A stretch of 64,000 bases of DNA from a gamma proteobacterium SCGC AAA076-P13. Its GTDB lineage: Bacteria > Pseudomonadota > Gammaproteobacteria > Magnimaribacterales > D2472. A program made the position numbers and the translations under genes. Location of the stretch: NCBI GenBank assembly GCA_000384935.1, contig ARRA01000001.1, positions 167,810 to 231,809 of the forward strand, given 5' to 3'. Shown here in pieces: positions 37,080 to 47,376 of this stretch. The notes beneath the pieces are model-generated. The model made no database searches. It saw nothing but the letters and a program-made list of their open reading frames with translations, and was not told the origin of the DNA. Within the stretch, counting starts at the first letter, position 1. Each line of letters starts with the position of its first letter.

Positions 37080-37247
37080 TTAACCTTTTAACTTATTTAC
37101 CTCTGCTTCGAGCTCAGCAATTCTTCTTTTCATTGGCTCAAGCTCATCTTTTTTTACAAATCCTGCTTCCTTCATAAATTTTTCTAATGCCGGCTTCATC
37201 ATTTTTTCCATGTTCTTGGCATCTTTCATCATTGCAAATGGGTTCAT
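37080..37247 (-). CDS. ubiK: UbiK/YqiC (BMFP)-like small coiled-coil protein; ORF below the track length cutoff
   Basis: My translation: MNPFAMMKDAKNMEKMMKPALEKFMKEAGFVKKDELEPMKRRIAELEAEVNKLKG (55 aa). The F-V-x-x-(D/E)-E-(F/L)...R-I-x-x-L-E pattern is as in UbiK. Confidence 0.55.
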   Translation of the reverse strand: MNPFAMMKDAKNMEKMMKPALEKFMKEAGFVKKDELEPMKRRIAELEAEVNKLKG

Positions 37248-37274
37248 TGCATTACTCCTTTTTTGTAAGTCTTA

Positions 37275-38009
37275 TTATATATAAATATCAAATCGAGTGG
37301 ACTTACCTTTGACTTGATAGTTAATGTTTTTGTCTATTATGTCGGCTTTGATAGGCCTTTTTAAAATAATCTTTTTAAAATTACTATTCTTAATATCAAA
37401 AAAGACTGCATCTCCATCATCAGCAATATTCTCAATATCTAAAATATGATTGATGGTACTTATATCTCCTGATCTAAGAAGGTTTTTGCTTGGTTCTGGG
37501 TACATAGGATCGAGATAAACAATATCAATATCATCAGTTTCTTTGTATTGGGTCTCCGACTTGGCATTTAAAAAAAGCAAATTTTTAAGAAATGGTAACT
37601 CGGATTTGGATCGCTCTATAGCGTCATTAACTAAAAGAAATATGATCTTGCTCTGCTCGCAAGCAACAACCTTATGACCGAGGGCTAAAAAAATAATAGT
37701 GTCCGATAAAAGTCCGGCCGTACCATCAAAAATAGTTATGTCTTCCTTGTTTTTGCCTATGGCTTTTTTTATGGAGGTCTCATGCTCGGTTCTTTTTAAT
37801 CGCCAGCCCATGGACCCAGACAAAAAGTCTACATGGAGGGAGCTTGATAAATTAGTAGAGTCCTTTGTAAAGTGAAGGCCGTTCATTCTTAAATCGATAA
37901 AAGAGCCAGACAAAGGAATCTCATTGACAATCTCCATATCCAGATAGTCAGAAATATACTGAATGTATTCTGAATCTTGATCAGGGTGAGCAAATATACA
38001 ACAACTCAT
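37275..38009 (-). CDS. rsmJ: 16S rRNA (guanine1516-N2)-methyltransferase RsmJ
   Basis: 244 aa. VDFLSGSMGWRLK, IFDGTAGLLSDT, VYLDPMYP, ILKRP, STRFDIYI. All blocks are colinear with E. coli RsmJ (YhiQ). Confidence 0.82.
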   Translation of the reverse strand: MSCCIFAHPDQDSEYIQYISDYLDMEIVNEIPLSGSFIDLRMNGLHFTKDSTNLSSSLHVDFLSGSMGWRLKRTEHETSIKKAIGKNKEDITIFDGTAGLLSDTIIFLALGHKVVACEQSKIIFLLVNDAIERSKSELPFLKNLLFLNAKSETQYKETDDIDIVYLDPMYPEPSKNLLRSGDISTINHILDIENIADDGDAVFFDIKNSNFKKIILKRPIKADIIDKNINYQVKGKSTRFDIYI

Positions 38010-38797
38010 ATTAGAAGAACTAATAGGACCCCAAGAATAACTCTATAGATAACAAATGGATACATACCAATTCTCTCAACAAATGCTAAGAAATATTTAA
38101 TCGTTATGAATGCAAAAACCATGGACGTTATTAAACCAATAAACATTGGGAGCAAATCAATTGACCCATCAAAAGACATCATATCTTTTAACAAGAAAAC
38201 CAAGGCTCCCAAAATAGTGGGAATGGCTAAAAGAAAGGCAAATCTTGATGCATCCTTTAAATTTAAGCCAATTAAGAGCGCAGCTGTGATGGCAGTGCCT
38301 GATCTAGAAGCTCCAGGGAATAGCGCAAAAACTTGAAAGAATCCAATAAATATCGCTGCAAGTACTGATAGCTGTATGAGCTCCTTTGATCTGGAACTAA
38401 ACTTGTAAGCAAGCAGAAGAAGTGCTGCAAAAATTATATTTGCAAGAGCAATATTTTCAATACTATCCCTGTTATTGTTCACTAAGTCAGACGCAAACAA
38501 GCCGAAGAAAACTATTGGCAAGGTGGCAAGGATTAATTGATAGGATAGTTTCCTGTGGCCCAATACATTTTCTGTATTAGTAAATACAGCTACTGTCATA
38601 CCAGTGAGCTCAGATCTAAAATAATAAATCACAGCAACTAGCGTTCCCGCATGAACAGCAATATCAAAGGACAGTCCGAGATCATTGGTACCAAATAATA
38701 AACTTGGAAACAGTAAGTGGGCTGAACTTGATACTGGTAGAAATTCAGTGAGCCCTTGAATAAGGCCAAGAATAAAACTTAAAAAAAGATCACTCAT
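38006..38797 (-). CDS. uppP: undecaprenyl-diphosphate phosphatase
   Basis: 263 aa. GLIQGLTEFLPVSSSAHL and PGASRSGTAI motifs, polytopic. Confidence 0.95.
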   Translation of the reverse strand: MSDLFLSFILGLIQGLTEFLPVSSSAHLLFPSLLFGTNDLGLSFDIAVHAGTLVAVIYYFRSELTGMTVAVFTNTENVLGHRKLSYQLILATLPIVFFGLFASDLVNNNRDSIENIALANIIFAALLLLAYKFSSRSKELIQLSVLAAIFIGFFQVFALFPGASRSGTAITAALLIGLNLKDASRFAFLLAIPTILGALVFLLKDMMSFDGSIDLLPMFIGLITSMVFAFITIKYFLAFVERIGMYPFVIYRVILGVLLVLLI

Positions 38798-39221
38798 TTA
38801 TTTTTTTATATTGAGGATCTGTGGCATATATAGGATTGGCATCATCAGGATTAAACATTGACGCATCGCAATCGGATTGCATAAAATTATCTAAAGCTAA
38901 TTTGGCAATTGAGTCGGCTGAAAGCTTATCTATGTTGTCTGCACTGATCGCCATAAGCGGCCTATCCAGTGCCACACAAATTCCTTTGAGGTAACTTGCA
39001 ACACTTCTGGTTGCTGTGTAAGACCCTGTGCTGTTGGCATATGCAAAGAGGTCGATGTCTGCAAGAAAAAAACTTGAATTTAATCCTAGGTTAGATAGCA
39101 TCTTGTTCCAGTCAGGTCTGTCTTTCCTTTCATGGTCTAAAGAATAACAAAGAATGTCATCATTATTAATAATACTAACTGAGGTCTGATCCCCAGAACT
39201 TTGAACTGCGATAACCTTCAT
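38790..39221 (-). CDS. tsaB: TsaB (YeaZ)-like protein, internally shortened
   Basis: 143 aa versus about 230 normally. MKVIAVQSSGDQTSVSI and LADIDLFAYANSTGSYTATRSVASYLKGICVALDRPLMAIS align to the TsaB N-domain. The C-terminal PIYATDPQYKKI resembles the TsaB tail. Confidence 0.55.
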   Translation of the reverse strand: MKVIAVQSSGDQTSVSIINNDDILCYSLDHERKDRPDWNKMLSNLGLNSSFFLADIDLFAYANSTGSYTATRSVASYLKGICVALDRPLMAISADNIDKLSADSIAKLALDNFMQSDCDASMFNPDDANPIYATDPQYKKINE

Positions 39222-39224
39222 TAA

Positions 39225-39869
39225 CTATATCTGGTCTGATATTTCTTTAAATACCGTTTCAACAGTTCTTGAGCCATCTACGCTAAAATATGCAAGATCA
39301 CTGCTCAATGATTTATTTTTATAGAATTCGGATAAAGGCTTGGTCTGCTCATGATAGACATCTAGTCTTTTTAGAACAGTCTCGGGCTTATCATCCTCTC
39401 TTTGAATTAAGGGCTCACCCGTATCATCATCAACACCTTCATTTAATGGAGGGTTGAAATCAATATGATAATTTTTTCCCGACCCTGGGTGCACTCTTCT
39501 TCCAGACATCCTATTCACTATAACTTCGTCATCAACACTTATCTCAATGACATGAGTAAAATTTACGCCCATTTCATCAAGCTTGCTAGCTTGACCAAGC
39601 GTTCTGGGAACGCCATCAAATAGTGAGCCATTGGCACAATCTGGCTTGGTTAGCCTGTCTTCAATTAAAGAGCCAATGATCTCGTCTGAGACCAATCCAC
39701 CTGTGTTTAATATATGGGATACCTTTTTTCCAAAATCACTTCCAGAAGCAACGGCCTCTCGAAGCATATCGCCAGTACTAATTTTTGGAATATTGCATAA
39801 TTCGCATATCAAGTCTGCTTGAGTACCTTTTCCAGCCCCTGGAGGACCTAATAAAATAATATTTTTCAT
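39225..39869 (-). CDS. adk: adenylate kinase
   Basis: 214 aa. IILLGPPGAGKGTQ and GRRVHPGSGKNYH lid motifs. Confidence 0.96.
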   Translation of the reverse strand: MKNIILLGPPGAGKGTQADLICELCNIPKISTGDMLREAVASGSDFGKKVSHILNTGGLVSDEIIGSLIEDRLTKPDCANGSLFDGVPRTLGQASKLDEMGVNFTHVIEISVDDEVIVNRMSGRRVHPGSGKNYHIDFNPPLNEGVDDDTGEPLIQREDDKPETVLKRLDVYHEQTKPLSEFYKNKSLSSDLAYFSVDGSRTVETVFKEISDQI

Positions 39870-40243
39870 ATTTCTAATATAGCAAATGCTGTTGCGTAGT
39901 CTCTTTCGTCTGCAAGACTAACATGTGTCTTTGTAATTCCCAAATCTATCATTTTCTCTGCAAGTTCATTTAAGGGGTTGAAAATAGGTTTGCCCGCCTC
40001 ATCTCGAAGTACTTCTATGTTATTCATTTGAATTGAATTTTTAAAGCCGGTACCAAAAGCTTTTGCGATTGCTTCCTTGCTAGCAAATTGTTTAGCTAAG
40101 AAAGATGCTTTCTTAGCATCTTTGGTCTCGTGGAAAATACTAAGTTCATTTTCAGATAATATTTTATTTGCGAAAGCATCAAAAGATTTCATCTTTGCAA
40201 TTCTTTTAATTTCAACAATATCTGTTCCAATTCCATGAATCAT
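39866..40243 (-). CDS. acpS: holo-[acyl-carrier-protein] synthase
   Basis: 125 aa. GIGTDIVEIKRI and FASKEAIAKAFG. Confidence 0.9.
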   Translation of the reverse strand: MIHGIGTDIVEIKRIAKMKSFDAFANKILSENELSIFHETKDAKKASFLAKQFASKEAIAKAFGTGFKNSIQMNNIEVLRDEAGKPIFNPLNELAEKMIDLGITKTHVSLADERDYATAFAILEI

Positions 40244-40947
40244 ATCTTTATCCTCTTAAAGATATCTCTGCTCTCAAGATCCCTACCATCTAAACAAAAA
40301 TGGATAGCTGTTTGGGTGAGGTGTTTTAGGTATTTTTTTGATACCTTTGAAAGTTCTCTTGTTCTTATATTAATAATATCAGCACCAGAAAAATTTGAAT
40401 TCATAGATTCTCTAAATCCTCTTTCAGGAATGAACGAATAGTTCTTCTCTGATTCAATGGCCTCATTTCTATCGATATCATTTTCAAAATCTAACCCGTA
40501 TCCCAGCATGTCTAGAAGATCTAACTCAAAGTGCCTCAAGGTTATTTCTAGCTCATCTCCCCTAGCTACCTTATGTAAAAATTCTTCATATAAAAAAAAT
40601 AGGTCTTCCTGTGCGGCATCCTTAGGGAGCAACCTCATGAGCAATTCATTAATATATAAAAGGCTGTAACTAGTTTTTGAAAAACTATTGGTTGTAGTCG
40701 AAAAGTCCCTATCTATATTAGTCAGAGTTTTCATATCTGACCTTCCTGAATAAGTTACCTGAAGCTTAGTAAAGGGTGTTAAATATCCAAAGAACTTGGA
40801 TTTTGGTTTCTTTGCGCCTCTTGCCATAAGAGACATTTTTCCGTTATTTTTACTGAAGACCTCTGCTATTAGGCTTGTTTCTCCAAATGATCTTTGATGA
40901 AGTAAGAAACACTCATCCCAGTCACTAAGACTCATAGCTGCCGCCAA
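40240..40947 (-). CDS. recO: DNA repair protein RecO
   Basis: 235 aa (the start may be the M at 40935). LLHQRSFGETSLIAEVFSKNNGKMSLMARGAKK OB-fold N-terminus. Position between era and acpS as in other Gammaproteobacteria. Confidence 0.85.
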   Translation of the reverse strand: MAAAMSLSDWDECFLLHQRSFGETSLIAEVFSKNNGKMSLMARGAKKPKSKFFGYLTPFTKLQVTYSGRSDMKTLTNIDRDFSTTTNSFSKTSYSLLYINELLMRLLPKDAAQEDLFFLYEEFLHKVARGDELEITLRHFELDLLDMLGYGLDFENDIDRNEAIESEKNYSFIPERGFRESMNSNFSGADIINIRTRELSKVSKKYLKHLTQTAIHFCLDGRDLESRDIFKRIKI

Positions 40948-41833
40948 CTCCTAGACTCTGAATGTAATCTGAATCCGTATTCCAATTTTTCTTTACCTTA
41001 ACCCAGGTTTTTAAAAATACTTTTTTACTAAAGTATTCCTCCAGCTCTATTCTTGCCTGCTGCCCTATCTTTTTAAGTGTTGAACCACCTCTACCAATGA
41101 CTATCTGTTTTTGACTATCACGCACAACATAGATCACTGCATGGATTTTTAAAATGTGCTTCTCGTCCTCTAACAGCTCGACCTGGACAAAAGTGTCATG
41201 AGGAAGTTCATCGCCAAGCATTCTTATTATCTTTTCCCTAATCAACTCAGATATCATGAAAGTATCCCTATGTTGACTCTCGATACCCTCCTCACCGTAG
41301 ATATGTTCGTTTTCAGGCAAGTACTTGTGAATGAGCTCTTCTAGATTGGATATACCCTCATCATTAATTGCAGATATAGGAATGATATCTAAGAAGCTAT
41401 ATTCATCCATTAACCTAGCCATCATAGGAAGGAGTTTATTTTTATCTGTAATTTGGTCTACTTTGTTCACAACACATATAACCTGAGAACCTGCCTCTTT
41501 AAGCTTTTCAAGCACTGACAAGTCTTGTTCATCGAGGGTTAGTCGCTGAACTACAAATAGAATAAGATCAGAGTCATCTATCAAGCTTTGAGCTGAACGA
41601 TTTAAAACCTTATTCATAGTCTTTGGGGATTTGATGTGCATCCCTGGCGTATCAGCAAATATCATTTGTTTATTATCTGATGTCTTTATTCCCAATATAT
41701 TGTTTCTAGTGGTCTGAGATTTTCTGGAAGTTATAGATATTTTTTTTCCAAGAATATGATTCAAGATTGTAGACTTACCTACATTGGGTTTGCCAATAAT
41801 AGAAATGTAACCGCAGTAATTAGTCATTAACAT
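40925..41833 (-). CDS. era: GTPase Era
   Basis: 302 aa. G1 GKPNVGKST, G3 DTPG, G4 NKVD, and a C-terminal KH domain. Confidence 0.96.
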   Translation of the reverse strand: MLMTNYCGYISIIGKPNVGKSTILNHILGKKISITSRKSQTTRNNILGIKTSDNKQMIFADTPGMHIKSPKTMNKVLNRSAQSLIDDSDLILFVVQRLTLDEQDLSVLEKLKEAGSQVICVVNKVDQITDKNKLLPMMARLMDEYSFLDIIPISAINDEGISNLEELIHKYLPENEHIYGEEGIESQHRDTFMISELIREKIIRMLGDELPHDTFVQVELLEDEKHILKIHAVIYVVRDSQKQIVIGRGGSTLKKIGQQARIELEEYFSKKVFLKTWVKVKKNWNTDSDYIQSLGVGGSYES

Positions 41834-42482
41834 TCCTCATGTACTCTAAAACTTTGGTAGCAGTCGATGTTTCTGCTGAACGCTTTGTAATCCCAGATGA
41901 AGTAAAGACATTATCATCGTAATTAACTCTACAATTAAATCCCCCGCCAACAATTTCTTCAATGGAATAGATAGGAAGGTCGAGTTTCATTGACTGAAGT
42001 AGTTCTTGTAATTCAGTTTTTGGATCCTTGAAACTCATATCAGCTGATAAATGCTTAAGTTCGTTATTAAAAATTCCTAAGACGATCATATTTACCTGAT
42101 CCCAGCCAGAGTCTAAAAATATAGCACCAATAGTAGCTTCAAATGAATCTTCTAAAATTGAGTTCTTACGTTCTCTTGAGAGATTGGCTGTCCCTTTCGA
42201 TAGTTGGATATAATCGATAAGACCGAGCTCCTCAGCTTTCATTGTGAGAGTCTCAGCTTTAACAAGATAAGCCCTCATTCTTGTCAAAAGCCCTTCCTTC
42301 TCGTTACTAAATTTTAAAAAAAGATACTGAGATATGACGGTATTGAGAATAGAGTCACCCAAAAACTCCAGTCTTTCATTATTGGTAGTGTTGCTATAGC
42401 TTTTATGGATAAGAGCCAGTTTAAGTAGTTCAATATTTTTAAAGCTATACCCAAGCTTGGTTTGGAGTTCCTTATATGACAT
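41820..42482 (-). CDS. rnc: ribonuclease III
   Basis: 220 aa. NERLEFLGDSILN signature plus a C-terminal dsRBD. Confidence 0.96.
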   Translation of the reverse strand: MSYKELQTKLGYSFKNIELLKLALIHKSYSNTTNNERLEFLGDSILNTVISQYLFLKFSNEKEGLLTRMRAYLVKAETLTMKAEELGLIDYIQLSKGTANLSRERKNSILEDSFEATIGAIFLDSGWDQVNMIVLGIFNNELKHLSADMSFKDPKTELQELLQSMKLDLPIYSIEEIVGGGFNCRVNYDDNVFTSSGITKRSAETSTATKVLEYMRNVND

Positions 42483-43429
42483 TAATTAATCTTACCAGCT
42501 CTTGAGAAGTGCGGAATACAAGTCCAGCATTCCCAGGTCATGAAAAGAAAACTTGCACTGCCAAAAAAATTCTCTCTTGGAACAAAGCCTACATCTTTTG
42601 TACTATCATTTGAGTTATCCCTGTTATCGCCCATTACAAAGTAATGGCCTGATGGGATAGTCCATTCAGAGGGGTATTGAACATTCTCGCCTCTAATATT
42701 TCTAGTGGTAAATACCGCATCTCCAAGAGACTCAGAAAAATAATCTACTACAACCTCTTTCTCACGTGTAAAGATTTCTCCAGAAGAATTTCTAAACCTT
42801 TTAGTAATAGTTTCCTTCTCTGATTTTAAGAAATCTTTTTGAACTGGCGTGCCGTTTATATATATTTTTTTATCTATTATTCTGATTGAGTCGCCAGGTT
42901 TACCGATGAGTCTTTTTACGTAAGGCACAGGATTATTACGAGGTATAAAAACTACAACATCGCCATATTCAGGGTCATGATCTAATGCAAAAGGGCCACC
43001 TACTCTATTCACCTTCAAGCCGTATGAATTTTTATCAACAAGCAAAAAGTCGCCAACCTTCAAACCTGGCATCATTGAGCCTGATGGAATCTGATAAGGC
43101 TCGTATAAAAAAGTTCTTAAAATAAAAATAATAAATAAAGGAATAAAATAACCTCTGGAAGTTGATATTATCTCTTTGTTTTTAAGTCCAATCCCAATCA
43201 CAAGAACGATAAGCGCAATAAGCGATCCAAATAAAAGAATGATTCCAAGGTCACCTGCGTTGATAAAAATACTGACAAGCATAAGCATGCCAAATACAGT
43301 TGAAATTGAAGAGATATTCTCAACAAGAAAACTTTTAGTCTCTGGCTTTTTTATGGTGTCATTAACCCAAACACCAAGACATACACCCATTCCTAATAAA
43401 GAAAGTATAAATAAAGGATCCGTTAACAA
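42482..43429 (-). CDS. lepB: signal peptidase I
   Basis: 315 aa. IPSGSMMPGL (catalytic Ser), YVKRLIGKPGD (Lys), GDNRDNSNDS. Confidence 0.92.
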   Translation of the reverse strand: MLTDPLFILSLLGMGVCLGVWVNDTIKKPETKSFLVENISSISTVFGMLMLVSIFINAGDLGIILLFGSLIALIVLVIGIGLKNKEIISTSRGYFIPLFIIFILRTFLYEPYQIPSGSMMPGLKVGDFLLVDKNSYGLKVNRVGGPFALDHDPEYGDVVVFIPRNNPVPYVKRLIGKPGDSIRIIDKKIYINGTPVQKDFLKSEKETITKRFRNSSGEIFTREKEVVVDYFSESLGDAVFTTRNIRGENVQYPSEWTIPSGHYFVMGDNRDNSNDSTKDVGFVPRENFFGSASFLFMTWECWTCIPHFSRAGKIN

Positions 43430-43430
43430 A

Positions 43431-45218
43431 TTACTCTCCTGATTTAAAATAATTTAAGAAAGCATCTTGTGGTATTGAAACCTTACCAAACTGTTTCATT
43501 TTCTTCTTTCCATCTTTTTGTTTTTCAAGAAGCTTCTTTTTTCTACTAATATCTCCACCATAGCATTTTGCAGTAACGTTCTTACGAAGAGCTTTTACTG
43601 TTTCTCTAGAGATAATTTTTGAACCTAACGCTACCTGAATTGGGACATCAAACATTTGCCTTGGTATTAACTTTTGTAAATTTGCTGCAATTTCTCTAGC
43701 CTTTTGATTCGAGAATGATTTATGAACAATCATTGATAAAGCATCGATTTTTTGATTATTAATAAGGATATCTATCTTAGTTAGATCAGATTTTATAAAC
43801 CCAATTAGTGAGTACTCAATGGATGCAAAACCTTTAGTAGATGATTTTATTTGATCAAAAAAATCTACAATCACTGACGATAAAGGAAGTTCAAAAACAA
43901 TTGATACCTGATTACCAAAATAAGTCATATCCTTTTGGATGCCTCTTTTACCGGTACATAAAGTTATTACATTGCCAACATATTCGTTAGGAGTAAGGAT
44001 TGTTGTATTAACAATAGGTTCTCTGATTTCATCTATATCATTTGGAGCAGGAAGCTGAGAAGGATTATCACATTTTAGGACAGTGCCATCCGTCTTCAAG
44101 ACTTCATATTCAACAGATGGAGCTGTTGATATAAGATCTAAATCATATTCTCTTTCTAGCCTCTCTCTGATAACTTCCATATGAAGAGTTCCAAGGAACC
44201 CGCATCTAAAGCCAAACCCTAGTGCATCAGAAACCTCTGGCTCATATACTAATGAGGAATCATTAAGAACAAGTTTTGATAAGGCATCTCTAAATCTTTC
44301 GTAATCATCAGAGTTCACAGTAAACATTGAAGCAAAAACTTTAGGATTTACTTTTTTGAATCCGGGCAGAACTTCTGTAGTTTCATCTGCTGAGTTCATG
44401 ATCGTGTCGCCAACAGGGGCGCCTTTGATATTTTTAATTCCCGCAACAAGGTAACCAACTTCTCCAGCAGAAAGCTTTTGCTTCTTCACTTTTTTTGGAG
44501 AAAAAATGCCAATCTCATCTGCGTTATGACTTAGGCCTGTTGAATGAATTTTAAATTTTTGCCCGCTACTTAAAGAGCCGTTCTTTATTCTGATTAAAGA
44601 GACCACACCCAAATAGGAATCGAACCATGAATCTACTATAAGAGCTTGAAGCGGTGCTTCAGGGTCTCCTTCGGGCGATGGAATATCTGATATCAGCATA
44701 TCTAAGAGGTCTTCTATTCCTGCCCCGGTCTTGGCACTAACAAGAGGTGCAGAGATTGCATTTATACCAATCATATCTTCTATTTCTTGCTTAACTCTAT
44801 CTGGTTCAGCCTGAGGTAAATCAATTTTATTAATTACAGGAACCACCTCTAATCCTTGGTCAACAGCTGTATAGCAGTTTGCAAGAGTCTGGGCTTCTAC
44901 GCCCTGGGAGCCGTCAACGACCAATAATGCCCCTTCGCATGCTGACAGAGATCTTGATACTTCATATGAAAAATCTACATGACCTGGTGTGTCAATAAAA
45001 TTAAGAAGGTATTGAACATCATCTTTTATATATTCTAAAGTTACTGCCTGAGCTTTGATAGTAATTCCTCTCTCCCTTTCAATATCCATAGAATCAAGGA
45101 TTTGCTCTGACATCTCTCTTTTGGTCAGGCCGCCACAATGCTCTATCAATCTATCTGACAGAGTTGATTTGCCATGATCAATATGGGCAATAACTGAGAA
45201 GTTTCTAATATGTTTCAT
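43431..45218 (-). CDS. lepA: elongation factor 4 (LepA)
   Basis: 595 aa. [34 protein letters not shown], and a LepA-specific C-terminus. Confidence 0.97.
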   Translation of the reverse strand: MKHIRNFSVIAHIDHGKSTLSDRLIEHCGGLTKREMSEQILDSMDIERERGITIKAQAVTLEYIKDDVQYLLNFIDTPGHVDFSYEVSRSLSACEGALLVVDGSQGVEAQTLANCYTAVDQGLEVVPVINKIDLPQAEPDRVKQEIEDMIGINAISAPLVSAKTGAGIEDLLDMLISDIPSPEGDPEAPLQALIVDSWFDSYLGVVSLIRIKNGSLSSGQKFKIHSTGLSHNADEIGIFSPKKVKKQKLSAGEVGYLVAGIKNIKGAPVGDTIMNSADETTEVLPGFKKVNPKVFASMFTVNSDDYERFRDALSKLVLNDSSLVYEPEVSDALGFGFRCGFLGTLHMEVIRERLEREYDLDLISTAPSVEYEVLKTDGTVLKCDNPSQLPAPNDIDEIREPIVNTTILTPNEYVGNVITLCTGKRGIQKDMTYFGNQVSIVFELPLSSVIVDFFDQIKSSTKGFASIEYSLIGFIKSDLTKIDILINNQKIDALSMIVHKSFSNQKAREIAANLQKLIPRQMFDVPIQVALGSKIISRETVKALRKNVTAKCYGGDISRKKKLLEKQKDGKKKMKQFGKVSIPQDAFLNYFKSGE

Positions 45219-45278
45219 AAGATGCTGCTATTTTACATTCATATAGGGCAACTTTGGAGCTATTGCTCCTTATATATG

Positions 45279-46718
45279 CTAATTAATAGTTATTGATCTT
45301 ATTAGACGAGAACCATTTCTATTTATATGAAATGCCACCTTATCTCCAGAAGAAAAGTTTTCTAAAGCTAGCTCAAAGGATTCGATATCTTCAAACTTAA
45401 ATTTCTTTCCTTTATGCTGCATCATTGTGATGACATCTCCGCGGGATATCTTTCCTGAAGCAGGTGAACCTTGATTAACTCTTGAAACTATAACGCCCTC
45501 AGGAAGGCTCGACATTGATGGGTTGTCTCTATCAATTTCAGCAACTTTTAGACCAATTGGATCAGAAGAGTTCTGAGATTTAGCAGGAACGAAGGATTCT
45601 TTATTTGCTGGAAGCTCGCCAAGAGAAAAACTAAGCTGTATTTCTTCACCATCTCTGATTACTTTTGCATATGTTTTTGTCTCTGGTTGAAGCTGGCCAA
45701 CTACATGAGGAAGGTCAGTGCTGAATTTTATTTCTTTGTCATCGAATTCGATTATAACGTCACCAGGAAGCAAGCCTGCGTTATCAGCAGATTCTCCCTC
45801 TTCGACATCATTGATTAGTGCGCCATAAGGTTTTTTCATGCCTAGCGCGTCAGCAAGGTCACTATCCACCTCACTCATTCTTACACCTAGATATCCTCTT
45901 AGAACTTCACCTGTATTAATAATTTGATCTGCAACATCTATGGCCACATTAACTGGAATAGCAAAAGCAAGGCCTTGGTAGCCTCCGCTTCTTGAATATA
46001 TTTGCGAGTTAATTCCAACAACATTTCCGTCAAGATCAAACAATGGACCGCCAGAGTTACCTGGATTAATAGCTACATCGGTCTGAAGAAAAGGAACATA
46101 ATTACCAATATTGTTATTTTGAATACTTCTTCCCTTGGCGCTAACAATTCCTGCTGTAACCGAGAAATCAAAACTAAAAGGGGATCCTATGGCAACAACC
46201 CAATCCCCAACTTTTAGCTTATCGCTATCTCCAACCTTGACCTTTGGAAGTTTATTGCCATCCACCTTTAGTACTGCTAAATCAGACAATGCATCTACTC
46301 CAATAATCTCGGCCACAAACTCTCTTCTATCAGCGAGAGAAACAACAACCTCTGTTGCATCTTTAACAACATGGTAGTTTGTTAAAATATAATTATCTTT
46401 TAAAATAAAGCCCGACCCATATGAAACAGACTCTCTGGTTCTTTCAGGAGCTTCTCTGTATTGTCTTGGGATGCCAAATCTTTCGAGCATCTCTTCCGGA
46501 ATGCCTCCATAACCAAATGACTGACCTTGTTTTACTTCTCTTTTTGAGGTTATATTCACTACCGCAGGAGCAGCATCGTCAACTAATTCCGATATATTCT
46601 CTGGTAAGCCTGAAGCATAAAGGCTTGATGCAAATGATAAAGATATAATCAATGAAGATAATTTAGTTTTTGTGATATTCATAATTGTTAGTATGTTATT
46701 TTTTAATATTTTCAGCAA
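45279..46718 (-). CDS. periplasmic serine endoprotease DegP/MucD (HtrA family, two PDZ domains)
   Basis: 479 aa (the start is more likely MNITKTKLSS at 46682). TNYHVV (His), DLAVLK (Asp), GNSGGPL (Ser), and two PDZ-like C-terminal segments. Confidence 0.9.
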   Translation of the reverse strand: MLKILKNNILTIMNITKTKLSSLIISLSFASSLYASGLPENISELVDDAAPAVVNITSKREVKQGQSFGYGGIPEEMLERFGIPRQYREAPERTRESVSYGSGFILKDNYILTNYHVVKDATEVVVSLADRREFVAEIIGVDALSDLAVLKVDGNKLPKVKVGDSDKLKVGDWVVAIGSPFSFDFSVTAGIVSAKGRSIQNNNIGNYVPFLQTDVAINPGNSGGPLFDLDGNVVGINSQIYSRSGGYQGLAFAIPVNVAIDVADQIINTGEVLRGYLGVRMSEVDSDLADALGMKKPYGALINDVEEGESADNAGLLPGDVIIEFDDKEIKFSTDLPHVVGQLQPETKTYAKVIRDGEEIQLSFSLGELPANKESFVPAKSQNSSDPIGLKVAEIDRDNPSMSSLPEGVIVSRVNQGSPASGKISRGDVITMMQHKGKKFKFEDIESFELALENFSSGDKVAFHINRNGSRLIRSITIN

Positions 46719-47376
46719 TTTCTATAGCTGATTTAGTATCAATGTTTCCATAGATGGTTACAACAGTTCCGTCATTCAAAGGTACTAGATAAATCATTTT
46801 ATTATTATGTTTCCAGTATCTAACCTTATTAAGTCCTAAATTCTTTTTTTCAACTCGTAGGGTAAAGTTTTCATTACCTCTTCTAAAAGTTCTTCTTTGA
46901 TCGTTCTGAGATGCAAAGCCAACATTTCTTAAATCAATATTTTGACTTGTTGCATTCATGAAATCCGGATTATTAATAACATTCAAGACATGATCCACTA
47001 AATTATTGCCGCTATTTTCTATAATTTCTTGTGCTTCATTGCTATTAATTGCAACTGCAAGTTTATCTTGAGCATCAGAATTTACAGACATTCTTGAAAA
47101 GCTGCCTTCGTTTAATATTAGAACGGTCATTAACACTGATGCAGCTGCAGTTAGGCCGCTTGTTAGCCAAATATTTGGATTTTTTGTTTTGTTTATAGAG
47201 TCTATTGATATTATTTTAGAATCTTTATCGTTCATTGCTGAGTGAATTAAGGCATAGTCAGCTAATTCATTTTGCAATTCCTTGTCTGACTCCAACAAGG
47301 TTAAAACTTCACTAGACTCAACATCATTTAGTTGGCCATCAAATAATGCTGATAGTCTTTCTTTATTCTTATCCAT
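46696..47376 (-). CDS. anti-sigma-E factor, RseA/MucA-like
   Basis: The track ORF extends to 47394. The likely start MDKNKERLSALFDGQLNDVE at 47376 overlaps the rpoE stop (ATGGATAA). The RseA_N pattern (LSALxDGE...Y.LI..A) and a single TM (IWLTSGLTAAASVLMTVLIL) are present. Confidence 0.68.
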   Translation of the reverse strand: MDKNKERLSALFDGQLNDVESSEVLTLLESDKELQNELADYALIHSAMNDKDSKIISIDSINKTKNPNIWLTSGLTAAASVLMTVLILNEGSFSRMSVNSDAQDKLAVAINSNEAQEIIENSGNNLVDHVLNVINNPDFMNATSQNIDLRNVGFASQNDQRRTFRRGNENFTLRVEKKNLGLNKVRYWKHNNKMIYLVPLNDGTVVTIYGNIDTKSAIEIAENIKK

